A DNA stretch of 64,000 nucleotides from Candidatus Bathyarchaeia archaeon (GCA_050013255.1 JBEKFP010000001.1:224001-288000); one strand, 5' to 3'; counted from the first letter of the stretch, positions 1 to 10,071 are shown. Notes: a model not told the origin generated them from the sequence alone. Translations and numbers: made by a program.

Positions 1-9
1 AACTGGAAT

Positions 10-990
10 ATGAAACTGAGGCCAAGAGCTTTGCGCACTACCAATCTTCACCTCGCGCTCATTACTCTCTTGCTCATGGCCGCGGCATCTCCACTTCCAG
101 TTTTCGCAGCGAGAAAAATGCTCATGCAGGCAACCCTCAACCCCACCCAAATCGACCAAGGGGTCACCGTCGCAATCACCGGCCGGGTATTTGACACCGT
201 CAACTCCTCAATCCCAAACGCTGTAATTTCAATTCAAGTCAATAACCCTCAAGGAACAAGTGTTCACCTCGCCATCGCCTACACCGACCTTGGTGGCTCC
301 TTCCAAGATACGTTTTTTATCGGAACTAATTCCCCTGGCGGGAATTACACAGCCTTCTTGGTGGCGGATAAGCCAGGTTACGATGCAGCCCGTGTTACAC
401 TAATCTTCACATACTCTTCGCCCGACTTCGCACTCCAAACCTCCGTTTCCGCATTGTCGCTCCGTCAGGGCGGAACGGGGACGGTGAGCGTCACAGTCCT
501 CGGTCTTCGTGGCTTTCACGCCCCAGTGAACCTAACTGCGCTTGAACTCCCGGCAGGCGTTAGCCTTCAATTCAGTCCCACTTCAATTGCTCCCGGCGGA
601 ACCGTAACTGTCAACGTGGCACTGTCCATTTTCGCTGCCACCGGCAACTACACCATAACAATTCTTGGCGTATCTGGGGCCGTGAGCCACAAAGTTTCAT
701 TCCAGCTCAAGATTGCTCCCGGACTTATTCAAGCAGTTTACCTGTTCATTGCATTCATTGCGATTCTTCTACTCGCTTTATTCCTTCTCCTGAGGCGCCG
801 TGGTAAGCAGAAGCGCAGGGAAGCTGCGGTAGAAGAGTTGATCAAACAATCATCCGCCGACAAGGGCTATGTCGCAACTGCTAGAGCGATCGCTCGACTT
901 GAAGAACTGCGCGCGATGGAAAAAGTGGACGAATCGACGTATCAACGACTGAGGAAGGAGTATGAGAAGCGGCTCGAGAAATCTAAGTGA
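10..990 (+). CDS. Secreted, membrane-anchored Ig-like (MG2/carboxypeptidase-regulatory-like) domain protein
   Basis: N-terminal signal peptide, beta-rich Ig-like repeats, C-terminal TM helix followed by RRR and a short SHOCT-like tail (EEL..M..VDESTYQRLRKEY). Confidence 0.7.
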   Translation: MKLRPRALRTTNLHLALITLLLMAAASPLPVFAARKMLMQATLNPTQIDQGVTVAITGRVFDTVNSSIPNAVISIQVNNPQGTSVHLAIAYTDLGGSFQDTFFIGTNSPGGNYTAFLVADKPGYDAARVTLIFTYSSPDFALQTSVSALSLRQGGTGTVSVTVLGLRGFHAPVNLTALELPAGVSLQFSPTSIAPGGTVTVNVALSIFAATGNYTITILGVSGAVSHKVSFQLKIAPGLIQAVYLFIAFIAILLLALFLLLRRRGKQKRREAAVEELIKQSSADKGYVATARAIARLEELRAMEKVDESTYQRLRKEYEKRLEKSK

Positions 991-1765
991 CTGTCATTTT
1001 CTTGAGCGTTTCACCAATCTCGCTTAGGGATTTTGTGAAGGTGTGTTCGGGCTTCTCTATCGTGTATATGATTTTGCCGCCGTACGCCATTAATTCGCAC
1101 ATGCAAGGTATCATTCCGACCAATGGGAGTCCCATATCCGACTCGATCTGTTTTCCGAACTTCTCTCTGCCGCCACCTGCAGCTATTTGCTCTATCGGAA
1201 TCTTGTTCAAGACAATACCGGACTTTCTTCCGAGGGCTTCATAGACACCTTTCGAAAGTTCTTTCGTTCCCTCCAAGTCAAATTCGTCAGCCTTCATTAC
1301 TAGCGAAATCAAGTCGGCTCCAGCTAGAGCGTTTATGGATGAGTATTGTGCGCCTGGGCTCGTGTCGAATAGCAGGTAGTCGACCTTCTTCTGTTCGAAG
1401 ATTTCTTTCTTACTTGCGAGCGTTTTGGTTAGAGCTTTCACTTCCCATTTTCTATCCTTGCTCATTATATCCGTCAAAGCTTCGAGCGAGGGATTTGCGA
1501 AACCAACCCAAAGTTTGCCTCGTAAGTTTAGCCGGTCCGACTCGTCAACAAGGGTATCTATGATTCCGCACTTGTCCTCAAGGTAATCGTTTAACCAGAA
1601 TTTTGGCTTCGCTTTGAATAGAACATTCAAGCTGGGAGCGCGAAAGTCATAGTCTAACAGGCACACGTTTGCCCCTTGCTTCGCAAATAGTGCACCGAGG
1701 TTTACCACGAGGGAAGTCTTTCCCGTTCCACCCTTGTAGGAATGAAAAGCTAAACTCTTGCCCAT
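983..1765 (-). CDS. MinD/ParA family ATPase
   Basis: Deviant Walker A KGGTGKT, LLDYD..P, DTSPG, LNKIP motifs. Confidence 0.9.
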   Translation of the reverse strand: MGKSLAFHSYKGGTGKTSLVVNLGALFAKQGANVCLLDYDFRAPSLNVLFKAKPKFWLNDYLEDKCGIIDTLVDESDRLNLRGKLWVGFANPSLEALTDIMSKDRKWEVKALTKTLASKKEIFEQKKVDYLLFDTSPGAQYSSINALAGADLISLVMKADEFDLEGTKELSKGVYEALGRKSGIVLNKIPIEQIAAGGGREKFGKQIESDMGLPLVGMIPCMCELMAYGGKIIYTIEKPEHTFTKSLSEIGETLKKMTVT

Positions 1766-1777
1766 TCGCGCCGCTTC

Positions 1778-2167
1778 CTAAGCCTCCACGTAGAAGTACA
1801 CATCTCTACCCTTACGTTTCTTCTTCACTAGCCCCATGGACACAAGCTGGTTTAGGTAATCGCTTTCCACGGCTCTAACCCTGCCCGTCTCCTTTGAAAG
1901 GTCAGTTGCCGTAGCCTCCCTCAGCGTAGCCAGACCCAAGGCCGACTTACGTAGGTGATCTGGAAGAGAGAGCAGAGTAGTTACGTCAAGGGGCATGTCT
2001 TCGGGGAGGGAGACATTTGGGCGTGCTCCTTGTCCACCACTGGACCGCTGAAGTTCTATTAACCTGTCCAGTTTCTTCGAAATCGCTTCCATATTTCTAT
2101 TCATCTTCTTTAGCAAATCAACTAGGACGGAGTCTGCACCCCTAGAGTTCACCGGAAACCCACACAC
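1778..2167 (-). CDS. Coiled-coil plus winged-helix DNA-binding protein, co-oriented upstream of MinD
   Basis: C-terminal wHTH (ATATDLSKETGRVRAVESDYLNQLVSMGLVKKKRKGRDVYFY); start codon uncertain. Confidence 0.75.
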   Translation of the reverse strand: MCGFPVNSRGADSVLVDLLKKMNRNMEAISKKLDRLIELQRSSGGQGARPNVSLPEDMPLDVTTLLSLPDHLRKSALGLATLREATATDLSKETGRVRAVESDYLNQLVSMGLVKKKRKGRDVYFYVEA

Positions 2168-2206
2168 ACGAACCGTGAGTTGTCAGGATATATGAAGTAT
2201 GTTAGC

Positions 2207-2245
2207 GCCACACGTAGACAGCATATCTAAGTGTAGTTGTGTGGC
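2207..2245. promoter_or_regulatory. Imperfect inverted repeats in the divergent promoter region
   Basis: ACACGTAGA-N7-TCTAAGTGT (2210-2234, 8/9 match) nested in GCCACAC...GTGTGGC. Confidence 0.4.
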
Positions 2246-2302
2246 ACGTGAAAACACTTAAATACGGAGCCTTGCGGTATACGAAGTCCAAGAGGAAATT
2301 AG

Positions 2303-3847
2303 ATGTCCCTCCGATTTCGGGCCAGCAGCATTGCAATTTTCCTGTGCACTATGGCGGCTTTTGCAGCGGCCCAAGCAAGTGGAATCGGACCCGTGGTAGT
2401 TTCAGCTGATAATACCCTATCAATGGATCTTCTCCGAGCACCTACAAGTACGGAACCACTAGCGGCGAATGGAAGGGTACGGCTGAACCTGGATAATGGC
2501 CAGGTGGCCGTAGAACTTCATCAGGCGACACCTGAATCAAATTACACTGTCCTCTTCGTCTCCGCTTCAGCTTCAGCAAGTGTTCAGGTTGCAACAATTG
2601 TAACTGATCAAGGTGGAGAGGGCATTGCTCAAGGAATGTTGAGTTCCGGAGCATATGTCGGGATTTTCCAAGTGTTACGAGCCGACCTCATACAATTCAC
2701 AACGGCAACCGCCTCATTCAATCTTGGGGTGACCGTTTCCGCGTCTACGACCGTTTCATCTGAATCTACAACCCTAAGCACGTCAACCGAATCTGAAAGC
2801 AATGTCTCAACCAGCAACTCTGCGAAATTCGTGCTTGGAGTGGAACCAGTTTCTAACTCCATTTCAGCAGGCGACTTTGCGAAATTCAACATCCGAATCG
2901 CACGGGGACCTAACGCTGATGCTTCAGCCGTGATTTTTCTGGTGGCTAGGGGAGTCCCACCCCGTAGCGTCGCGATCTTCACACCTAACGGAGGCGTGGC
3001 AGACCCTGAATTTGACTCCACCTTAACTATTGTAACTTCGCCTAACACACCCGCTGACAATTACGAGGTCACAGTCGTAGCTCGGGTCGATGGGCAGGAA
3101 TTCTCTACGCAAGTCGCCCTAGAGATAACGGCGACCACAAGTGCAACCGCCACTATGACCGTGTCTACTGCTGCGAACTTATTCATGACCGTTACCACAG
3201 ACCAAACTCAGTACCAGCCAAACGCAACGGTGACCGTGCAAGGTCAAGTTACCGATGCCACGGGAAGTGCGATAGCGAACGCGGCTGTATCAACCCAAGT
3301 TGATTCACCAACCGGGGCGGAGGTCTTCTTCGAGAACAACATTCAGACGGACTCGGCGGGAACATTCCAAGCACAAGTCACGCTCACGGCCAACGCAGCG
3401 CTCGGCACATACACTGTCTTCGCCACTGCGAGCCAAATAGGTTACTTGAGCATCGCCGGCCGTGCGACATTCGTAGTCGGCGCCTCAACCACCCCGAGCG
3501 TCAGCATTAGCGCCGTCTACGCCGGAGACAGCTCAGGCAACCCAGTGCCAACAGTCCCTGCTGGCCAAACGGTATGGATTTGGGTCGTCGTCCACAACAA
3601 TGGCGCCACCTTCCAAGGAGTGGTCTGGGTTCAAGTTCATGATCCAAATGGTGTGCCGGTTCAAATTGGAATTCACATTGAAACACTTAATTCAGGTGAA
3701 ACTATCAAAGATGGCCTAGGGTTCACTCTTCCGGGCAACGCAGCCCACGGTGTTTACCGTGTCGACGCCCTAGTTTCTGACAAAATGATCTCCCAAGGCG
3801 GCACGTTCCTGGCAGACGCGCAAACCCAATTTGCTTTGACGGATTGA
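2303..3847 (+). CDS. Secreted multi-Ig-domain surface protein
   Basis: Signal peptide, Ser/Thr linkers, repeated V.TD..QY....TV.V.G.V.D domain. Confidence 0.7.
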   Translation: MSLRFRASSIAIFLCTMAAFAAAQASGIGPVVVSADNTLSMDLLRAPTSTEPLAANGRVRLNLDNGQVAVELHQATPESNYTVLFVSASASASVQVATIVTDQGGEGIAQGMLSSGAYVGIFQVLRADLIQFTTATASFNLGVTVSASTTVSSESTTLSTSTESESNVSTSNSAKFVLGVEPVSNSISAGDFAKFNIRIARGPNADASAVIFLVARGVPPRSVAIFTPNGGVADPEFDSTLTIVTSPNTPADNYEVTVVARVDGQEFSTQVALEITATTSATATMTVSTAANLFMTVTTDQTQYQPNATVTVQGQVTDATGSAIANAAVSTQVDSPTGAEVFFENNIQTDSAGTFQAQVTLTANAALGTYTVFATASQIGYLSIAGRATFVVGASTTPSVSISAVYAGDSSGNPVPTVPAGQTVWIWVVVHNNGATFQGVVWVQVHDPNGVPVQIGIHIETLNSGETIKDGLGFTLPGNAAHGVYRVDALVSDKMISQGGTFLADAQTQFALTD

Positions 3848-3851
3848 GAAA

Positions 3852-4889
3852 ATGTCGGACCCGAAACATTACGATCTAGATGACATCATTTCAAACCTGA
3901 ATAGCATACGCGAGGAACTGGGCGAGACGGTGACAGCGTCATCTCCAAATGGGGTGGACGCTTCAAAGGAAAACTTGAGGCCTGAGGAAGAACAATCCTC
4001 ACCTGCCCTCGAAGAATACTTAGCCAGTCGCTTACAACAAATTGGGGAAGTTACCGCAGAAAAGAAAGAAATCAAGGGTTTGAAAACAGGGAATGGTTGG
4101 GATGCCAACCAAGTCGTAGAACTCGTCTTCAAAATCGATCCCATATCGATTAGACGTGCAGTGGAGATCGCTGTCTCCTCGGATCGAAAAGTGAAAGAAC
4201 GCCTTTCAAACTTTTTCAAACGCCCCAAAGATGAAGTGAGAATAGTTGGAACGCCGACCGTTGAATATGTCCCAATTTGGAAAGTGAAAGGCTTCCACGA
4301 GTGCTACTACGTTAGGACCAATTCCTACAGGGTGAACGTCAAGGAGGACGTTGTCGCCGTCGAGGTCGAAGGCCAAAGCAGGGATTTGATACTCGAACGG
4401 AAGCACAGCCGGCTGATCCCCGCAGCCATCCTAGAACGACTCCAGAAATTAGGCTCATTCCTTTCAAACGAATCAAAGTACTTCGTGGTGGCCGACGCTC
4501 TCGAACTAGCTACAAAGAGGTCAGAGTCTGAACTGGTCGTAACCAATACAGGTCGTTCTCTATCCCAGGATGAAGAAACTGAGCTAACCTCCTGGCGAAC
4601 CAAACGTATCTTCGACATAGAAGACCTGAAGGTTCGAGGCATGAAAGTAAGTGTTCGTGACTCGATTTCAAAAGAAGCGCTCCTGACTAGATTCAGAGAA
4701 AACGTGGTTCGTATGCCCGAACGCTTCAAACAAGTCCTCAGTAACAAGCTGCAAATAACAGAGTTGAAGCGAATCTATGTCCCAATAATAAGGGTTCCAA
4801 TGCAAAAAGGACTCGTCCCCAGAGAAGTAATAGTAAATGGGACGAGTGGAGAAATCGCAGACGCGAAACTTCTTGGTCTATTAGACTAA
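3852..4889 (+). CDS. Hypothetical cytoplasmic protein
   Basis: 345-aa ORF starting 4 nt after the upstream stop; repeated YVPIW/YVPII motif. Confidence 0.65.
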   Translation: MSDPKHYDLDDIISNLNSIREELGETVTASSPNGVDASKENLRPEEEQSSPALEEYLASRLQQIGEVTAEKKEIKGLKTGNGWDANQVVELVFKIDPISIRRAVEIAVSSDRKVKERLSNFFKRPKDEVRIVGTPTVEYVPIWKVKGFHECYYVRTNSYRVNVKEDVVAVEVEGQSRDLILERKHSRLIPAAILERLQKLGSFLSNESKYFVVADALELATKRSESELVVTNTGRSLSQDEETELTSWRTKRIFDIEDLKVRGMKVSVRDSISKEALLTRFRENVVRMPERFKQVLSNKLQITELKRIYVPIIRVPMQKGLVPREVIVNGTSGEIADAKLLGLLD

Positions 4890-4966
4890 ATCCCGACGGG
4901 CTGGAAGAACATAAACTAAATCTTTAGCCGACACTTCTGAAAGCTTCAAGGGAACAGGTGAACTAG

Positions 4967-6019
4967 TTGTCATCCTTGCAAAAGCTGCTTCCATTGCTTC
5001 TCCTCGTCTCCCTTCTACTGGCCGTCCCTCTGGTCTTTTCGCAAGGATCCTTGACGGTTACCGTTTCCACAGATAGGCCTCAATACCTACAAGGTGGAAC
5101 TGTCAATATTTCGGGAAAGGTTCTGGATTCACAAAACAACCCGGTCGCTGGTGCAACCGTTTCCATACAAGTGGGCGACCCGCCGATGCACATAGATCTG
5201 GTCTACTCGGATAATTCAGGGGCCTACCTAGATTCGTTTATTCTACCAACAAGCGCAGCTCCAGGCCCATACACGGTCTATGCTTCAGTTGGCAAAGCCG
5301 GCTACTCATCGTCACAAGGACAAACTCAATTCACAATCCTGCCACAAACCACCGTAACTCCAACCTCTTCATCATCTTCGTCGACATCTTCATCGTCGTC
5401 TTCTTCTCAACCGAGCGGCCCACCGAGCCAATGCTTCATCGCAACTGCAACCTATGGGTCCGAAATTGCGCCTGAAGTTGCCCTACTACGCTACTTCAGG
5501 GACGCCCAGGTGCTCCGGACATCGGCGGGTAGAAGTTTCATGCAAGCCTTCAACGCCTTCTACTATAGCTTCAGCCCCCAAGTCGCATCCTTCATCTCCG
5601 CTAATGGAATAGTAAGGTCATCCATGAAGGTCATTCTCTACCCGTTGATCGGAATCCTCTTTTTTTCAAGCAAAATCTTTCAAGTCTTATCGTTCAACGC
5701 GGAACTCTCAATCACGATCTCCGGAATCATTGCGGCTCTTGGAATTGGGGTTGTCTATATCGGGCCAATAGCCGTCATTTGCAGCCGGCTTGGCAGACCT
5801 AAAGTTAGTTCACTATGGTCAACTGTGAGACAGCTGAACCTAGTCAGCTGCATAATCTCAACCTTCGCAATCATTGTGGGAGAAGAAATCTCCTCGCCGT
5901 TGCTGCTTACCTCAGCCACAGTCGCGACTGTGCTGAGCTTCCTGTTGCTCGGTGCTTTATCGGGTCAAGTTTTCGCATCGCTGGTAAGTGTGAGCGAGAA
6001 GAAAGTCGGAGAGAGCTAA
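4967..6019 (+). CDS. CFI-box-CTERM surface protein with an Ig-like domain
   Basis: CFIATATYGSEIAPEVALLRYFRD...FNAFYYSFSP motif, poly-Ser linker, C-terminal TM helices. Confidence 0.85.
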   Translation: MSSLQKLLPLLLLVSLLLAVPLVFSQGSLTVTVSTDRPQYLQGGTVNISGKVLDSQNNPVAGATVSIQVGDPPMHIDLVYSDNSGAYLDSFILPTSAAPGPYTVYASVGKAGYSSSQGQTQFTILPQTTVTPTSSSSSSTSSSSSSSQPSGPPSQCFIATATYGSEIAPEVALLRYFRDAQVLRTSAGRSFMQAFNAFYYSFSPQVASFISANGIVRSSMKVILYPLIGILFFSSKIFQVLSFNAELSITISGIIAALGIGVVYIGPIAVICSRLGRPKVSSLWSTVRQLNLVSCIISTFAIIVGEEISSPLLLTSATVATVLSFLLLGALSGQVFASLVSVSEKKVGES

Positions 6020-6049
6020 TTTAGCCTCTAAGACTGGCAAAGGGTAGGC

Positions 6050-6487
6050 TTAGCGCCTAGGTTTCTCTTTCTTCCCCTTCATCAGAGCGTCTAGAGAAAC
6101 TGAGTTAATTCCATAGACCTTGTAGCGTATGCCAGGAATATCGCCCATCGCTTTACCTTCAGCGCCGCCGATCCCTTCAATCAACACCTCGTCATGTTCA
6201 TCGATGAAATTTAGAGCTCCATCACCCGGAACGAAAGCAGTGATGACCTTCCCATTCTTGATCAATTGAACTCGAACTGCCTTGCGAACCGCGCTGTTGG
6301 GTTGGCGTGATTCAACACCCACTTTCTCAAGAACGATGCCGCGGCCCTGCGGCGCTCCCTGCAATGGGTCGGCTTTAGAGTCCAGCCCTAACATACGACG
6401 CTTGTACGGTCTATAGTGCCACCTGAAACGGCTTCGGTCCCTCGTTGTCTTTCGGGCGGCAAACAAGCCCATGGCGCCATTGGTCAC
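6050..6487 (-). CDS. rps12: 30S ribosomal protein S12 (uS12, archaeal type)
   Basis: [26 protein letters not shown] and GDIPGIRY motifs. Confidence 0.97.
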   Translation of the reverse strand: MTNGAMGLFAARKTTRDRSRFRWHYRPYKRRMLGLDSKADPLQGAPQGRGIVLEKVGVESRQPNSAVRKAVRVQLIKNGKVITAFVPGDGALNFIDEHDEVLIEGIGGAEGKAMGDIPGIRYKVYGINSVSLDALMKGKKEKPRR

Positions 6488-6741
6488 AAGGTGTCACTTC
6501 TCAGGTTAGCGATAGTCAACCTTTGGCTTGCTCTATTTGTGCTTATCGTCGCCCGAGAAAACCGATTAGCCAGATGAAACATAGCAGTTGGAACATAGTC
6601 GAGTCTATTACACCCTGACCTACAATTCTGGGTCAATATATCCACACAGTTCCTTCGAGGATCTTGGTTCTCTGACGATACTGAAATACGTCCGTTGGAA
6701 ATCTCTAGGGATACTGCCATTCCACAGTTAAGGTGAACGCT

Positions 6742-6840
6742 TTGAGCGATGAAGTCGTTACTCCAATCTATCCGCCACCCACAAGACGCAAGCGTCCGAA
6801 GCGACCCAAAGCCAAGAGTCGAAGGCGGGCAGCTTCTTGA
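6742..6840 (+). CDS. Small Arg/Lys/Pro-rich peptide (32 aa)
   Basis: MSDEVVTPIYPPPTRRKRPKRPKAKSRRRAAS; AGGTGA SD upstream; stop overlaps the next start (TTGA). Confidence 0.5.
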   Translation: MSDEVVTPIYPPPTRRKRPKRPKAKSRRRAAS

Positions 6841-7580
6841 AGCTCACATTCTTGGGCTCTGGTGGTTCCTCGGTTAGTGCAAAACGAGCATGTCCTTCGA
6901 TCGTGGTGGACGACGAATTATTGTTCGACTTGGGTCCCGGTTCGTTGAGAAACCTAAGAATTTCTGGTCTCAACCCAGAAAGCTTGTCCACGGTTTTCAT
7001 CTCCCATTGTCACGCCGACCATATCTCAGACTTGGTTCCGTTCTTGTGGGCAATTCAAATAGATGGCCGGAAGAACCCCTTGCAGGTTTATGGCCCCCAG
7101 GGTTTCAGATGGATATTTCAGAAGTTACTGGAATGTACATGCACCCCGAATGATTTTTTCAAGTTTCCCCTAACGATCTCCGAATTGGATTTCGGGCAAA
7201 GGGCGGAGAAAGTTCAGACTTGTGGCACGGTTCATGCCGTTCCTACCCTAGCCTTCAGAATCGAATCATTAGGGAAGTCGATTTGCTATAGCGCCGACAC
7301 AACTTATTGCCCATCGGTCGTTGAACTCGCCAGAAACGTGGACCTCCTAGTCCACGAAGCGACATTCCTAGAAGACCAGTTGAACATCGCACAATTAACG
7401 AAACATTCTACTGCACGTATGGCGGGGCGTGCGGGGAAGGAAGCCCATGCGAAGCGTTTGGCCCTGTTCCATATCCCCCCTCCAAACGAACACAGGGAAA
7501 ACGAATTCCACAGCGAAGCCAAGGACGCTTACGGTAGCGAAATTCAAATCGGAACAGACCTGGCCACGATCGAATTCTAG
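6837..7580 (+). CDS. MBL-fold metallo-hydrolase, RNase Z/AtsA-like
   Basis: FLGSGG, SHCHADH, YSADT, HEAT, HST and FH motifs. Confidence 0.88.
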   Translation: MKLTFLGSGGSSVSAKRACPSIVVDDELLFDLGPGSLRNLRISGLNPESLSTVFISHCHADHISDLVPFLWAIQIDGRKNPLQVYGPQGFRWIFQKLLECTCTPNDFFKFPLTISELDFGQRAEKVQTCGTVHAVPTLAFRIESLGKSICYSADTTYCPSVVELARNVDLLVHEATFLEDQLNIAQLTKHSTARMAGRAGKEAHAKRLALFHIPPPNEHRENEFHSEAKDAYGSEIQIGTDLATIEF

Positions 7581-7632
7581 TTCACCCCACCCGAACTAGA
7601 GCTTAAATTCTCAACGCTGCTATCTCCTTTGA

Positions 7633-9123
7633 TTGCAGGTTCCTTTGTTGAAAACTGAGGAAGGATTGAGGCATTCATTTCGCGCGAAATTCGAAGGGAT
7701 ACAGGTTGCCCTTACCTTCCGGGATGTCATGATTCTTCCAGGGCGCGCAGAAGTTGAACCGAGTGAGGTTGATGTAAGGACACGCGTAACGAAAAATCAT
7801 GCCTTGAATGTTCCCTTCGTCTCGTCACCGATGGACACAGTGACGGAGAGTGACATGGCAATCGCTGTTGCGAGACAGGGTGGCTTAGGCGTCGTTCACC
7901 GGAACTGCGCGGTGGAAGAACAAGTTGAGATGGTGAAGCGCGTTAAGAGAGCTGAAGCACTCATAATCCGAGATGTCATAACTGTGACGCCGGAAGATAG
8001 TGTTGGCGAAGCCTTAGCGTTGATGGAAAAACACAACATTTCGGGGCTACCAGTAGTTGATGGAACAAGGCTTGTCGGCATTGTGACAGGGCGGGACGTT
8101 AGGTTCGCCCAACCGAGCCTCTCCGTGAGACAGGTAATGACGAAAGAAGTTGTGAAGGCTGAAGAAGGAATCAGCATCGACGAAGCCCAAAGGTTGCTTC
8201 GAGATCACAAAATCGAGAAGCTCCCGATTGTGAAAAAAACCGGAGAACTGACAGGGCTCATAACATTCAAGGACATACTACTCAGGGGGAAATACCCAGA
8301 CGCCGGTCGGGACGAGAATGGGCAACTACTTTGTGCCGCGGCGGTGTCACCGTACGACCTAGATAGGGCGAAGAAGCTCGACGAGTACGCCGACATTCTA
8401 GTCACTGACGTTTCACATTTTCACAATGAAAACGTCTTCACCGCAACCAAGAAACTGATGTCCGAAGTCTCCGCGGATGTAGTTGTCGGCAACATCGGGA
8501 CGTACGAAGCAGCTGAAGACGTGATTACCGAGCTTGAACAGGTCGGTGGCTTCAGAGTGGGGATTGGTTCTGGCTCAATCTGCACAACGACCGAAGTAAC
8601 CAAGGCAGGGTCCCCGACTTTGTTCGCAACTGCACAAGTTTCAGATGCCGTCACGAAATATGGCGTAAGAATACCCATCATCGCTGATGGTGGAATTCGT
8701 ACGCCTGGAGATGTTGCCCTTGCACTGACTGCAGGCGCGTCGGCAGTTATGGTTGGGAACCTCTTCGCGCGCTGCCAGGAATCCCCTGGGACATTGATTA
8801 CGATAGGTGGACGATACTACAAGCAATACAGAGGGATGGGAAGCCCAACTGCGCGCGCGAAACGTTACTCGCTTGACCGCTACAGCATGCCATCCAAAGG
8901 CGTTCCCGAAGGCGTTGAAGGTTGGGTTCCATACAAAGGTGAAGTGAGCATAGCCCTGGACGAACTCGTTTCAGGATTGAAGGCCTCAATGGGGTACGCC
9001 GGTGCAAAAAACATACAGGAACTATGGTCGAAAGCAAAACTTGCAGCTCTCAGCCCCTCAGGTGCTGAGGAGGCGCGGCCGCACGATATTCTTCTACCGA
9101 GCGAGACGCAAGAAAGAGTCTGA
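7633..9123 (+). CDS. guaB: IMP dehydrogenase with a CBS pair
   Basis: SSPMDTVTE, GIGSGSICTT, IADGGIR, YRGMGS motifs. Confidence 0.96.
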   Translation: MQVPLLKTEEGLRHSFRAKFEGIQVALTFRDVMILPGRAEVEPSEVDVRTRVTKNHALNVPFVSSPMDTVTESDMAIAVARQGGLGVVHRNCAVEEQVEMVKRVKRAEALIIRDVITVTPEDSVGEALALMEKHNISGLPVVDGTRLVGIVTGRDVRFAQPSLSVRQVMTKEVVKAEEGISIDEAQRLLRDHKIEKLPIVKKTGELTGLITFKDILLRGKYPDAGRDENGQLLCAAAVSPYDLDRAKKLDEYADILVTDVSHFHNENVFTATKKLMSEVSADVVVGNIGTYEAAEDVITELEQVGGFRVGIGSGSICTTTEVTKAGSPTLFATAQVSDAVTKYGVRIPIIADGGIRTPGDVALALTAGASAVMVGNLFARCQESPGTLITIGGRYYKQYRGMGSPTARAKRYSLDRYSMPSKGVPEGVEGWVPYKGEVSIALDELVSGLKASMGYAGAKNIQELWSKAKLAALSPSGAEEARPHDILLPSETQERV

Positions 9124-9149
9124 GTACGAAAAGGGCCATAGCACGTTTA

Positions 9150-9165
9150 TATAACCTCCGTCATA
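9150..9165. promoter_or_regulatory. Palindromic operator TATAAC-N4-GTCATA overlapping the TATA box of the HTH regulator gene
   Basis: One mismatch to TATGAC-N4-GTCATA; the same motif precedes sufC and sufB. Confidence 0.6.
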
Positions 9166-9174
9166 CTCGGAGTA

Positions 9175-9570
9175 GTGAATTTCAAAATGCCTATGATACT
9201 CCCCGAAGAGTTAGCTTCGAAATCCGTCATCCCAGCCATTAGAGCGCTCATCGTCAAGAGGCTGGTTGAAGATCACGGGATGACACAACAACAAGCGGCT
9301 AAACTTCTAGGAGTTACGCAACCCGCAGTGAGTAAATACCTCCATGAGAAACGAGGTGCCGCGATAAGGCTCACTGGCATAAGGCAAATCGACCAAGCAA
9401 CCACGGAAATCGCCGAATTGGTCTCCACCCAGAAAGCACAACCGATCGAAGTCATGAGCAGAATCGAGGCTGCGTGCGAATACGTTCGCAGAAATAGATA
9501 CATGTGTGACCTTCACAAGAAGTTGGAACCAGGCATGGACATAGATTCCTGCCACGTATGTGAACAATAG
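9175..9570 (+). CDS. XRE-type HTH regulator (COG2522-like) with a C-terminal CxxH...CxxC metal/Fe-S motif
   Basis: HGMTQQQAAKLLGVTQPAVSKY HTH; CDLH-x11-CHVC tail. Confidence 0.85.
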   Translation: MNFKMPMILPEELASKSVIPAIRALIVKRLVEDHGMTQQQAAKLLGVTQPAVSKYLHEKRGAAIRLTGIRQIDQATTEIAELVSTQKAQPIEVMSRIEAACEYVRRNRYMCDLHKKLEPGMDIDSCHVCEQ

Positions 9571-9612
9571 TCTCAACCCAAACAAGTCTAAGATTCGGAA
9601 GTGTATCATTGA

Positions 9613-10071
9613 ATGGAAATTAAGGTCAAAGCAGGAGACAAAGCTCCCGACTTCGAAGGGCCAACCTCGGACGGCAGCCGATTAGGACTCAAGAATTTTG
9701 CTGGAAAGAAGAACGTCGTGCTCTACTTTTACCCCAAGGACGATGCGCCAGGCTGCACGAGGGAAGCTTGCAGCTTCAGGGACAATATACAACCAATTAG
9801 AGACATGGGCGCAGAAATAGTAGGCGTCAGCCTTGACAGCATTCAGTCCCACGACAGCTTCGCAAAGAAATACCAATTACCGTTCCCATTGATTAGCGAC
9901 AAAGACAAGCGCGTTGCTATGGCCTACGGTGTCCTCAGGGATATCGGGTTGTCCGCGAACCGAATAACCTTCATCATTGACAAGAATGGAGTGGTGGCAA
10001 AAGTTTTCCCTAAAGTTGACGTGTCCAAACACACCGAGGAAGTCGTAGCAGCCCTAAAGGAACTAGCCTGA
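9613..10071 (+). CDS. bcp: Peroxiredoxin, BCP/PrxQ family
   Basis: FYPKDDAPGCTREAC motif. Confidence 0.93.
   Translation: MEIKVKAGDKAPDFEGPTSDGSRLGLKNFAGKKNVVLYFYPKDDAPGCTREACSFRDNIQPIRDMGAEIVGVSLDSIQSHDSFAKKYQLPFPLISDKDKRVAMAYGVLRDIGLSANRITFIIDKNGVVAKVFPKVDVSKHTEEVVAALKELA

Noticed and set aside
5365-5410. TCN-rich tandem-like repeat
   Set aside because: Encodes an ordinary poly-Ser linker
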